A stretch of DNA of 64,000 nt from assembly GCF_009914755.1 (NCBI RefSeq), contig NC_060932.1; one strand, written 5' to 3'. Every line of letters begins with the position of its first letter. Positions within the stretch are counted from its first letter, which is position 1. The notes below the pieces were generated by a model. The model saw only the letters and a program-made list of their open reading frames with translations, was not told the DNA's origin and did no database searches. Below are positions 28,126-40,329 of this stretch, one piece after another. This stretch comes from the human T2T-CHM13v2.0 reference genome, Homo sapiens. A program made the translations under genes and the position numbers.

Positions 28126-28210
28126 TTAAAAATAATTTTAGTAATAGGAAAGTACAAAGAAATATACAGGGAGGCTCTGTGCAAATTTCACCCAGCCTCT
28201 CCCAGTGTTT
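28126..28210 (-). mobile_element. L1MC-type 3' terminal fragment (continues at 21378-21404, split by the L1PA)
   Basis: aaataattttag..aggaaagtacaaagaaatatacagggagg...ttcacccagcctctccc matches the antisense L1MC 3' end. Confidence 0.65.
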
Positions 28211-28227
28211 GGAGATACAATTTTTAA

Positions 28228-29560
28228 AACCACTGACGTTCGTTTTTGAGAATTTGTAGAGAACAGCAGGAATGGTACCAACAAATCAAATGATGAACAA
28301 ACATTTTCAGAATTTTCAAAAGTGTTGAGAAGGTAGTTTCTGAAATCTATTCTTTTGTGGTAATGTTAGAGATGTCTGTTAAATTCTAGAAATGGTTAAT
28401 CAATTTTTGGATTTTTTATGATGCAGCCATACTAGGAACCAGAATAATCTCACTGTGAACAAGTTGGACCATTTACTTTTTTTCGAGAAAATTTCTTGAC
28501 TGATAAACCAAATTACTCTTTGTCTACATTACATCTGTTTTGTCTAGCATATTTAAAAACCTCTTTTATTATACATCTATTGACAAATTGGTTTTAACTA
28601 TAGTTTAGTTAGATGAGTTCATAGCAAGATACTAACGAATCAGGATCAAAATGGAAAGTCTGTCTAACAGTGTGTCACAGGGCTTTGCACAAACTAGTGA
28701 TGACTGAACAAAAATGGAAAATGACTTTGATTTTTGGAAGACTAGGTTGAAACCACCACGATGAATTTTGATTCTTTTAAAAGAACCATACTATAGAACT
28801 ACAAGGTCTGAGAAAAGCGCTTTAATAGCAATAATTGTAAAAATTTTGGAGTTCTAGTTGATATTTCAATATGAATCATAAGTGGGGAAAAACTGAGTAA
28901 GTTTAGCCATTATGCATCTATCGCAAGAGAGGATAAAGTCACACTGTAGTTTGCACTGTCAAAACCTACCTGGAATATCGTGATCAACTACAGGTCCCAA
29001 TTTTAAGAAGGACATTGACAAATCATTACTCACCTAAAGAAAGGTGGAGCCAGCAATGGTGGCTTATGCCTGTAATCTTAGCACTTTGGAAGGCTGAGGT
29101 ATGAGGATTGCTTGAGTCCAGATTTTCAAGACCAGCCTGGGCAACAAAGTGAGACACTGCCTCTACAAAATAAATAAAAAATTAGCCAGGCATGGTGGCA
29201 TGTGCCTGTAGTCACAGTTACTTGGGAGGCTGAGGCAGGAGGATTGCTTGAGCTCAGGAGTTCAAGGCTGCCATGAGCTATGATCACACTACTGCACTCC
29301 AGCCAGGGTGGACTCTGGTTCTAAATTTAAAAAAGAGAGACAGAGAGAAAGGTAAGGGTTTTGGATACACTTTTTAAAAAGAGATTGAAGCAGCTGGGTT
29401 TATCATAGTTGTCTTCATACATGGGAAGGGCTATGATGTCATAGATTAGAATAATTCTCTGTGGCCTAAGGTGTAGAAATAGTCCCAAAACATGGAAGAT
29501 GCAATAAATACTCTTAAGTTAATCTAAGGAAAATATTTTACAAGCTAGAGACAGAGGCAT
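28228..29560 (+). mobile_element. CR1/L3 ORF2 fragment (3' continuation), interrupted by an AluJ
   Basis: aaccactgacg..tttttgagaatt resumes the L3 RT; later ttttaagaaggacattgacaaa and atagttgtcttcatacatgggaagggct. Confidence 0.65.
29048..29335 (+). mobile_element. AluJ-type SINE
   Basis: J diagnostics gaggattgcttgag in both arms and ggagttcaaggctgc; flanking gaaaggt repeats. Confidence 0.92.
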
Positions 29561-31084
29561 CATATTTCAGCAGATCAATTGATTTGAGTGTTTGAAACAT
29601 AAGGGAAAGATGTGGAAGAAATATATACATTTGGGAATCGGCCTATAGTTTAAATGATACAACTAGAGAGTGTGTGTAGATCAGATGTTCACTTCCCAGG
29701 ATATATTTCATCCTAGGGTATCTTTAATCAGCTACAGGGAAGCCACATTTTATTTGTATGTGCAATTCTCCAGGGAGATGATCTCTAATTAATAGTTCCC
29801 AGTGTTCTAAAGATCCCATAACCATAAAATTTAAACTTTCCTTACATGTAGTCAGACAAAAAAAAACATTGACCAACAAAAGGGCACTTGAGGTGCACTA
29901 ACTTAAAGTGCAGGTAGAGGAATGAGAAGAAACAACGAGAGAACCATAAGGACAACTGTGTAAAAATACAGTGACAGAATTCAATGAAAGGAAATTTAAT
30001 GGTGAGAGTGAACAGCAGTTTGAATGCTTTGGAAAGGTTTCACATGACAAAACTCAGAACATGCCTCGAAGAGGTGAGACATACATCTCAAACAAGGTAA
30101 ATGATATGCAAAGCAACAACACAAGAGCTGTCAGGAAGCCAAGTGGCAGACCAATTTAAAATAAATGGTGCAGAAAAAGCTGTGAGGTCAGAAGAAGGAA
30201 AGTTTTAGTGGAGAGAGCTGAAGGTTGAAGGAAACCCTTGTACAGATGGTCGAACATAAGCTAGATTTGCAAGTCATTACACTTGTTATTTTATTCCAAT
30301 GAATGGTATTTTTATAGTTAAACTTCTTTCATCTTATTCTGTCTCCTGAGTAAAAACACATCCTTCACAGAAGTACCTACATGTTTGAGGATGACTATTA
30401 CGTCTCTCTCGACCTTCTTGCCTCTAATTTCAAGAATTCTTTCCAATGAAGAGCCCCACAGAACTTGATTAGAAGTCAGGATTTGACTTGAGAGGATATG
30501 AAGAGCCTCTTCTAGATTCTGTGTGAGTTGTATCATGACCCCCTGAAAAGTTTCAAGAATAGCATTTTGCATCACAATATTTCATGCAGAAAAGACTGGG
30601 AAAAGGAAAATGTAAGTCTCTTATGCTTGGTCTCTGGCCACAGCAGTGGAAATCCAGAGGAAGGGGCAGACCTGAGAAACACTGGCAAGGAAGGATTGCA
30701 GAGCTTGGTCATGAACAGGATGCATGATGGCTGAGATAGCAGAGATTGAACTCTCCTTCACTTTGTGACGGTTTTAGCAGCCCCAGTGCTCAGACGGGTG
30801 CAACTTGGATTAAAGACCAGCATTCAGTTGCCACATCTTTTTATTACACAAGCAGTACAGGCCTGTAAAAGACAACCATGGAAGGGAATATGAAAACTAC
30901 AGAGCAAGGAATATTAAAAGAATCTTTTGACTGGATTTTGTTTTCTGGTTTCTGAAATGAAAGTGAAAGTGTCCAAAAGGATCTAAGGTGTCTCTTACAG
31001 AGTTTGGTTCAGAAAATCCTCTAAGGATTAGCTTAGGAAGCCCAAGGAACTGTGTGTCAATCCTCTGCCTATCTGTTGTTTGTC

Positions 31085-31413
<329 letters not shown>

Positions 31414-32922
31414 TAAATGGGAACAGGAGAATAAAGAAGTGGGGGAAAAAGGGACACTTCACTCAGAAGAAAGGGCACTAATTATCTGGCACAGGTATCT
31501 GAAATGAAATTGACATTTGTTGAGCCTCTACTAGGGATCAGGCACTTAATGTACCTTGTTTACTGTCTTGGTTACTAATAGTCCTTGGAAAGACTCTTTT
31601 TCCTATGGAGAAATAAACAGCCTACCTGTACAGGATGCATCTGTCCTCTCTCAGAGAAATAATGTCTCAAGAAAAAGAATCATGAGACTTTAGGGGAAAG
31701 GCTAGTTTCAGAATATAATCTGTGCAAAAACGAGGTTGAGGTTAGACCTTATGAGCAAAGCATATTTGTTCACAGTGGATAGAATCATAAGAGATCCTGT
31801 GGTCTCCTTCCTCTATGAAGATAATGTACTACTGTCATTATGCCATCCTTTTAAAACAAGGCACCCAGGCCCAGGCAGGAGAGCTTGGAACTATGATGGC
31901 AACTTGCTTCCTGCTCTGTGATACCTCCTACCAGTTTTCTCCACCCTGCAAGTCTCCGCCAGAGTTTGTAAACCTGGAGTACCAGTGGCATATTTCACAC
32001 CCTGACTTCTACATTTTGCAGGAATGTTGGAACGATTTCTACTGTGCATTCTCAGTAGAAATCAACTTGCATGCACTGACTTATTTGACCTCCATATATC
32101 TGACATTTTCCATCCCAGTTGAAAAGACAGGACTACTGTATATCACTACAGTTTCCTCAGAGTCCATGAGGAAGACTCAGTAATGGCAGAGAGTGGGTAA
32201 ACCACCTTCTCTCAGAGATGTAGCACTTGAAAGAGGTTGCTTGCTTCCAGAGCTTGCTGGAAAATAAATGTAGGTATATCCTTTCATGCTGGGTGGATTT
32301 AGCTGCATTCCCCAGAAGACTAATATTTCTTCTGAGGGTTATTTTCTTGAAATCCTTATGAATGTTTGAAAAGGGGTCCCTATAGAGAAAACTACCTCAG
32401 TCACATGCACAAGGGCCTCTGAATTATGTTGCAATTTCTAGTGTGAATGCTATGTTAGAGTGCAGTATCATGGGTGACGATGAAAATGCACCCAAGTCAA
32501 GAAATTTAAATTTATGATTTCAGCAACAGTCTTAACTTTTCCCACTCTCGTATGCTCAGTGCTTTATGTTATTGTAGTTCCAGTGAAATTTATGCCTCAG
32601 TGTGCATTGCAAGTGAGTTATGGCTACTCTGGGAATGTTAATTTTGCATTTCCTGACTTCTGTGTGTTCAAAGGGACAAGCTTTCAAAACTGGCCTACAA
32701 AATAGCACACCAGACCAGCTGATGCTGTGTACCTCCCTGTGCCTGTGGAATGGGAGTGAGAAGACCTCACGGCTGGGTCTTCTTTGTGTCTATTCCTAGG
32801 TCTATATTTTACAGGAGCATGGCTCAGGTGGGGAATGTCCTGCCTTACATGGGCATTCAATCCAGGCAAGAAGTATGAGGCAATGGAAAAGGAAGATCAC
32901 ATGGATTACTTGTTATTTCCTC

Positions 32923-33029
32923 TTCTTTTTCTTTTTCTTTAAAGACAGGGTCTTGCTCTGTCACCCAGGCTGGAGTGCAGTGGTGTGATCATAGCTTACT
33001 ATAACTTTGAACTCCTGGGCTTAAGTAAC
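32923..33029 (-). mobile_element. Truncated AluJ/FLAM fragment
   Basis: agacagggtcttgctctgtcacccaggctggagtgcagtggtgtgatcatagct...ctcctgggcttaag. Confidence 0.85.
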
Positions 33030-33225
33030 TTGTTGTTATTGATAGCTATCATTTATTGAGCACCTACTCTATGCCAGGAATTGTTCTAAATGTTTCACTT
33101 TTGTGTTTCATGTTGCTTTTTATCAACCATTTGAGGCAGGTTTTATCATCCCAGCACTGAGTGAGATAGACAGTCGTAAGTTTGCTCAAGGTCACCTGAC
33201 TAGTAGAGCCAGAATTCAGATCTAA

Positions 33226-33529
<304 letters not shown>

Positions 33530-36240
33530 TAGATCTAGTTCTACTGACCACAATGTCCATGCTCTACCTGGGGCTTGCCTCTCCAGTCCCCAAGTCCTGA
33601 AATGCAATTTCAGCTCAGCCCTCGCTAGCTGTGTAATCTTCACTAGGCCTTTAACCTTGGTTTCTTCATTGGTGAGACAAAGAACATGTTGGCATAAGTA
33701 GGATCAAATTTAATTATGACTTTGCTATTTTCATTGCTCTCTGTTAAGGACATCAAGCCCACAATTGTTGGTTCAGCCAAAGAGAAAGGGCCAAGAAAGA
33801 AAGGTCTATCTATATTTATCATTGGTTACATGCTAATGAGGGCCAGCATTTTTGCCTGTTTTGTTCATATTTGTCCAGTGCCTCGAGGAGTGCTTAGTAT
33901 AGAGACATTCAGTATTGTTTGTTGATTGAATAAATTATTTCCATTATGCCATCTCTCACCCCACAGTCTCTCTTCTGTTTCCTATCATCTTGGGCACAGT
34001 TGTGTGTTCTGGACGTTGGACATTTTCTGTCTTCTTTCAAAAATCGTCTTGCCCAATCACTACAGCAACTTACTTTCTGCTTAGGAACTGACATCTTGCT
34101 CCAGAAACAATTTAGTGTTTCTACTCTTGGGAATTTGCAAAGCAACAGATGTTTTCTGCATACTGTATCTAAACCCACAGCAATTTGAATAGTGAGACTT
34201 CCTGATACTGTGCCAGGCTCTGAGGAATAGATTTTGGAGACAGATATTTGGCACCCCTAAAATTTTAGTAGGCCTAGGTCCAGCCTCGTCCATGTCAGTG
34301 GCAGTTGGGCCAAATTCACCGAGTCAGACATTCCTGCCCTCAGGAGACCCCACCACCCCACAAGCTGTGGTTTCTAAGAAGCACTGAAGTTTGTATATCC
34401 AGCACCTTTGCAATTGTGTTAGTAACTTCTTCTGCCTTATGAAGAAGTTTTCTGAAATGCCTTACCCTTTCTGAAGGAGCTTTTCAGGTTCCAGACATTA
34501 ATTCTTGTGCTTCTAGGTCCTATAGCCAACAATCAGCCTCAATACCCTTCCAATCATGTCCACATTACCATCCACTAAATTTGGGGCTCTCTGCTGCTTT
34601 GTGATATTGTCATCTTTTTCTTGCTCTGCTGGAGCAGATGATCTCAATATCATTATCCTTATGGCAAGGTTTTAAAATTCACTCTTTCTAAAATGACTCA
34701 TTGGCACTCCTATAAATGGTCCATTGCCTCTAGCTCATGAGGTCTCACTGCACTCTTCATTTCTTAGCAAGGCTGACTTCCTCCCAGAATGCTGTTCTTG
34801 CTCCTGATAACTCCTAGACTCCCTCACTCCTCCCCTTCCCAGTTCCCTAAGTATACTTGCTCAGTTTTGTTCTGACATTAAAAAAGGCAAGGTTATGAAA
34901 CTAGTGAGGAAGTAACTTTTAGTGGTGAAAACAAGACCTTGAGGTATAAATCACAACTTTGCCACTTAATATCTGGGTGAGAGGGAGCAAGTTGTTATTG
35001 CTCTTTTAGACCCAGTTTCTCATCTGTTGAGCTAGACAACAATGCCCTTTTTGTGGGGATTGGTCTATCATTGGTAAGTGCCCATTGAATGTTTCTTATT
35101 CCTAGTGAATAAGAGTCATACTGCAGATTTCCTGGAAGAAGTATTTTATTGACAATAAAAAAATAATAAAAGAGCTGTCATTCAGATTTTTTTTAAGGGG
35201 ACTGAAGGGGGAAGAGACTGCAGAAAGAAATATTGTCATAATTGTGAAAGTTACTGTGTTTAGTAATTTGACTTTCTTTGTAATCAATAAAGTAAAGAAA
35301 CATATTTTGGTTTTTCAGTGTGTTTTTGAGTGTGTGTGTGTGTTTCATTTGAGCTTAAAGTTTCTTTTTCTTGTCAGAAGCAGTAAATTCATTCATCCCT
35401 TTCAACAAAATTTTAGAGAATGCCTATTGTGTGTCTTATACTCTGTAAAGTGCTGACTAATGCAGACTCCCATGCAGGCAAAACAGAAAATCACAATGAA
35501 TGATTATAATTGTGACAAATGCCACCACAGTGTCTCATAGAGAGTTCATTTTTGCGGCCTCCTGCTTGTGTTACAGGAAACGGAAGCATTTATGGGAGAT
35601 GTTCTGAAGGGGATTTCCCCCTGGCTCTTCTCCCTGTCAGAAGGGGACATCTCCTTTGAAGTGTCTCATATTATGGGAAGACAGAGCTATCCAGAAAGCA
35701 ACTAGCTGAAGCTTCAGGCAGTTGTAGGGAAGGGAGGGCACTTGGGATTGTTGTCCTAATAATTTAAAGAACCCTCAGAAGATTTCAAAAGCCAGGGAGA
35801 TGTGTGCCATGAATATGAAGCCAGTTTTTTGGTTTTTGATTTTTGTTTTCTCCACGCATTTGCACAGATGCAGCAGGGATGGATGACGGGTGGTGTGATG
35901 TCACTAGTGAATGATATCAAAGGAAAGAGCTCTGGGTAATCACCAGGGCTAGTCTATTTATCTGGATAGACTTGTTTAGACTTGTTTAAGTCTAAATAAG
36001 TGTTGTTCGTTAGTTTGTTCTGGTAGCTGAATATATCTTTGGAATCTAAGATTCTATATGCACATATGTACATACATGTCCCTTTACGGGGATTCCTTGT
36101 TCTTCAGCTAAATGCCATCTAACAACAAGCTAATTGAAAACAGTCTCAGTATCTAGGTCAGTGAATTAAATGGATTCCATGCCACCACCCATCCCCAACA
36201 CAACACACATATACACACACACTGACACACTGCAGATACA

Positions 36241-36551
36241 TTCTTTCTTTTTTCTTTTTTTTGAAGATGAGATCTCCCTCTCTTACCCAGGCTATAGTGC
36301 AATGGTATGATCACAGCTCACTGCAGCCTCAAACTCCTGGGCTCGAGTGATCCTCCCACCTCAGCCTCCTCAGTGGCTGGGACTACAGGCAAGCACCACC
36401 ATGCCTGGCTAATATTTTACTTTTATTTTGTAGAGACGGGGTATTTCTATGTTGCCCAGGCTGGTCTTGAACTTTGGGACTCAATAAATCTTCCCACTAC
36501 AGCCTCCAAAAGTGCTGAGATTACAAGTGTGAGCCACCCGCCATACCTGTC
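36241..36551 (-). mobile_element. AluJ-type SINE
   Basis: atcacagctcactgcagcctcaaactcctgggctc; TSD cagatacatt on both sides. Confidence 0.92.
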
Positions 36552-38244
36552 TCAGATACATTATTTTAGCAACCTTTCCTCGTTTAATTTTTGCGATAGT
36601 CCAAATTCTAAATGTTCTGCTTAATTTTTGGACATTGTGTCAAACCATGTGTCCTGATTTGGCACTTACAATTATACAATCTTTCCATGAATATTAAATC
36701 TCAGTATTTCTCTAGGACATTCAACAGTTTCTTTAGTGGCATTGCTTTGCTGTCCCAGTAGTCCTGGTTTTCTTTTTGTCCTTGGTAGCCCCCATCAACT
36801 CTGCTTTTCAATATTCCCTAATGAAATACCTCTCCAGGGATTGGTAGTTCCCACCCTGATGTCACCATCTGACCCTAGAGACCTAAAGTAGTGTTACAGT
36901 GAGTAAGGTCGGAGTATGACAAGACAACCCTCTGGAGGTCATCCCAGTTCTGTAGTTTGTCTCCAGGTCCTTCTCATGAGTGGATCGTGAATAGCCAGGA
37001 AAGTAGAGGTTAGCTATTCCTATGATCTGAAGTTCTCCAATCTAATTGTGAATCTTGTTGTGCCACCTTGAATGAGTCACCCAATCCTCTGTGGCTCAGA
37101 GGATTGGGTATCCTCTGAAAAAGGGGGATACGATTTGTACCAGCTTCATGGTGTTGCTGCGAGGATGAGGTGAGTTAATACATTTAATTAGACCAGTGAC
37201 TGGAAAATAGAAGGCACGATATAAGTATCTTCTTTTAATGTTATTACTGCTACTATCACTACTATAATTTATCAGTATTAGTAGAAGTGCTAAGGTGCAG
37301 TGACACAAGCCCTCTTAGAAAGCTCATATGAGCACAGGAAGGAAAGAAGAGAGAAAGTAAGAAGGCAACTTTAACAAAGACCAAAGCACTCCTTTTCCCT
37401 CCACACTGAACTACAGGTTAATGATGAGGTTATCATGACCCGGTTGGATCGCAAGGGCTGTTCCAGCAGCTGACATCTGTTCTAGAACCTATCCTTTTTT
37501 CTCCTTGTTTGCCTCTGCTTGTATGGTCACCTCACCCCGCACCACATTGCTAGCTGTCTCTCTTTACTCTGACTCAGCCAGCAGGCATCTCAAAACTCAA
37601 CACAGGGAAATCCACAGCCAAGCATCACAACTTTATCTCTTGTCTTTTCTTCTCACTCTTTGTGGTACAACGTTCCTTCCAATGCAGTTGTGGGTCTCTA
37701 TTAACACTTCTGTGGCTTTCTCCCCACCCCATCAACTCTGTAACCAATCACTACATATGCACTGTAATTTAGGCTGGAATCTGAGCTTTGACTTTTACCA
37801 AGAAATTATGTATTTCTAAATATTGGCCTTTGGTTCTACTACTTGGGTCTAAAGGACATGTTCACATATTTCCTGTCTATTCAGATGACTGGTAACTTGG
37901 GTGATTAAATGTTTTTCAGATTGTTTTATTTTACTTAAACTCTAACCTCCTTCTCTAATGCTTGAATTATTTTTTTTTCAAGGGATTGGCCAATTTGTGT
38001 TTGGTTGTCTAGGGAAAAAAGTGTCTGAGAGCGATTAGATGAAGCCAACTTGCTTTCAGAAAATGTAATTTTCTTAAGATACTAGAGCATGATGACTTCC
38101 TTTCTTTGACACAAATATGCCTTATCTAGACCTACTAATGAGATTAACCTAGAAAATGGACGTGCAAAATGGGGAGTTTGTTTTAAACTTTGACATACAC
38201 CAGTTGAAAAAAATTCTGAGAAATTTTTAACTAAAAAAAATTCA

Positions 38245-38366
38245 AGCCAGGTACAGTGGTGCATGCCTGTAATCCCAGCTACTCAGGGGGCTGAGAAGTG
38301 ATGATCACTTGAGACCAGTATTGGAGGCCAGCTTGAGCAACATAGCAAGAGCCTTTCTCTAAAAAA
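38245..38366 (+). mobile_element. FLAM (monomeric Alu)
   Basis: Single arm agccaggtacagtggtgcatgcctgtaatcccagctactc...gccagcttgagcaacatagcaagagcc; flanking attcaa repeats. Confidence 0.88.
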
Positions 38367-38887
38367 GACATTCAAGTGGTAACAGAGAGCAATTTAGTAA
38401 AAATCATTACATTCAGAATTTTCAAATATAAAAAGAAAAAAAGAAAATGCTAGCTAAGGGAAAATAAAAGCAGCTTGCAGTCCACAGTGACTGCCAGTGT
38501 CAAGCAGGAACTTCATTGGCCTTGGACAGGGTGTTCTAGATGTCACAGTGTCAGGCAATCAACAGACGGCTGTCTGATAACTGTAACTTTTGCCACAGTC
38601 CCTGGTCACAGCAGCTGATGTGAAGGATGTATGATGAAAGTGTGTACATTATTAGGAATGCAGAAGTTAGAACAGCCAAATGCTAAATGGCAGGTGGACA
38701 GACAAAAAAAAAAATGTGCTTTTATTCTGTTCCAAGGTGCTTAATTTTGGTTAATCCTTTGCTTTCTACTGATCACACACAACCTTCTTCAATTCTAGAC
38801 ACCATTGCATATGGGCACTTAACACTTTTAAATATACTATGTATTGTGTCTTACTTATTTTATTTTCTGTTCCTTATCCCCCACTAC

Positions 38888-39937
38888 TGTTGTGGGAAGT
38901 CAGGGACCCCGAACGGAGGGACTGGCTGAAGCCATGGCAGAAGAACATAAATCATGGACATTTATTAGTTCCCCAAATTAGTACTTTTATAATTTCTTAT
39001 GCCTGTCTTTACTGCAATCTCTGAATATAAATTGTGAAGATTTCATGGACATTTATCACTTCCCCAATCAATACTCTTGTGATTTCCTATGCCTGTCTTT
39101 ACTTTAATCTCTTAATCCCATCAACTTTGTAAGCTGAGGAGGATGTATGTCACCTCGGGACCCTGTGATGATTGCGTTAACTGCACAAATTGTTTAAACA
39201 ATATGAAATCTGGGCACCTTGAAAAAAGAACAGGATAACAGCGATGTTCAGGGAAAAAGAGAAATAACCATTAGGTCTGGCTGCCTGAGAGCTGGGCAGA
39301 ACAGAGCCATATTTCTCTTCTTTCAAAAACAAATAGGAGAAATATCGCTGAATTCTTTTTCTCAGCAAGGAACAGCCCTGAGATATAGAATGTGTGGCTA
39401 GGGGTAGGTCTCTAAAATGGCAGCTTTGGGAATGTCTGTCTTTTACTTTTATAGATAAGGGATTAAATAAGCCCTGGTCTCCTGTAGCACTCCCAGGCTT
39501 ATTAGGACAAGGACATTCCCGCCTAATAAATTTTGGTCAGACCGGTTGTCTGCTCTCAAACCCTGTCTCCTGATAAGATGTTATCAATGACAATGCGTGC
39601 CCGAAACTTCATTAGTAATTTTAATTTCGCCCCAGTCCTGTGATCTCGCCCTGCCTCCATTTGCCTTGTGATATTTTATTACCTTATGAAGCATGTGGTC
39701 TCTGTGACCCACACCCTATTCGTACACTCCCTCCCCTTTTGAAAATCACTAATAAAAACTTGCTGGTTTTGAGGCTTGGGGGGCATCACGGAACCTGCCA
39801 ACATGTGACATCTCCCCTGGACACCCAGCTTTAAAATTTCTCTCTTTTGTACTCTTGCCCTTTATTTCTCAGACCAGCTGACAGGGAAAATAGAAAAGGA
39901 CCCATGTTGAAATATCAGGGCTGAATTTCCCCCGATA
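38888..39937 (+). mobile_element. MER11 (probably MER11C) solo LTR of HERV-K(HML-8), inserted into an L2 3' end
   Basis: Starts tgttgtgggaagtcagggaccccgaacggagggac; internal catggacatttat repeats; AATAAA at ~39751; ends tttcccccgata; 6-bp TSD CACTAC at 38882-38887 and 39938-39943; L2 tail (gtgcctggcacatagtaggtgctcaataaatatt) resumes after it. Confidence 0.95.
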
Positions 39938-40329
39938 CACTACAATGTAAGCTCAGTTAGAGCAGGGGAGTTCCATCTGTTTTGTTCACTCCTATATCTC
40001 TCACCCAGAATAGTTAGTGCCTGGCACATAGTAGGTGCTCAATAAATATTGGTTGAGCAAGCATGTGATTTCCTTGCAGTTCCACAAACAAAACACTACT
40101 CACCTTAACCTCCAACAGAATACCCAGATTCCAGACACAATGATCTTTCTTAGAATCATGGATCTTTTGAGCCTAAAGAAACTAGGAGGTTCTACAGTCC
40201 AATCCCTTAATTTTACTGATAAAGAGGCTGAAGTCCAGAGTTTCAGCGGATTGCTCCAGCACATAACAAATCAAACAAATAACCAGGAATAGAAATTGAG
40301 ACTTCTGGCCCACTGCTCTTTTTCCATTA

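Noticed and set aside
38950-39110. Imperfect tandem repeat (catggacatttat...tatgcctgtctttact)
   Set aside because: Intrinsic part of the MER11B/C consensus, not locus-specific.
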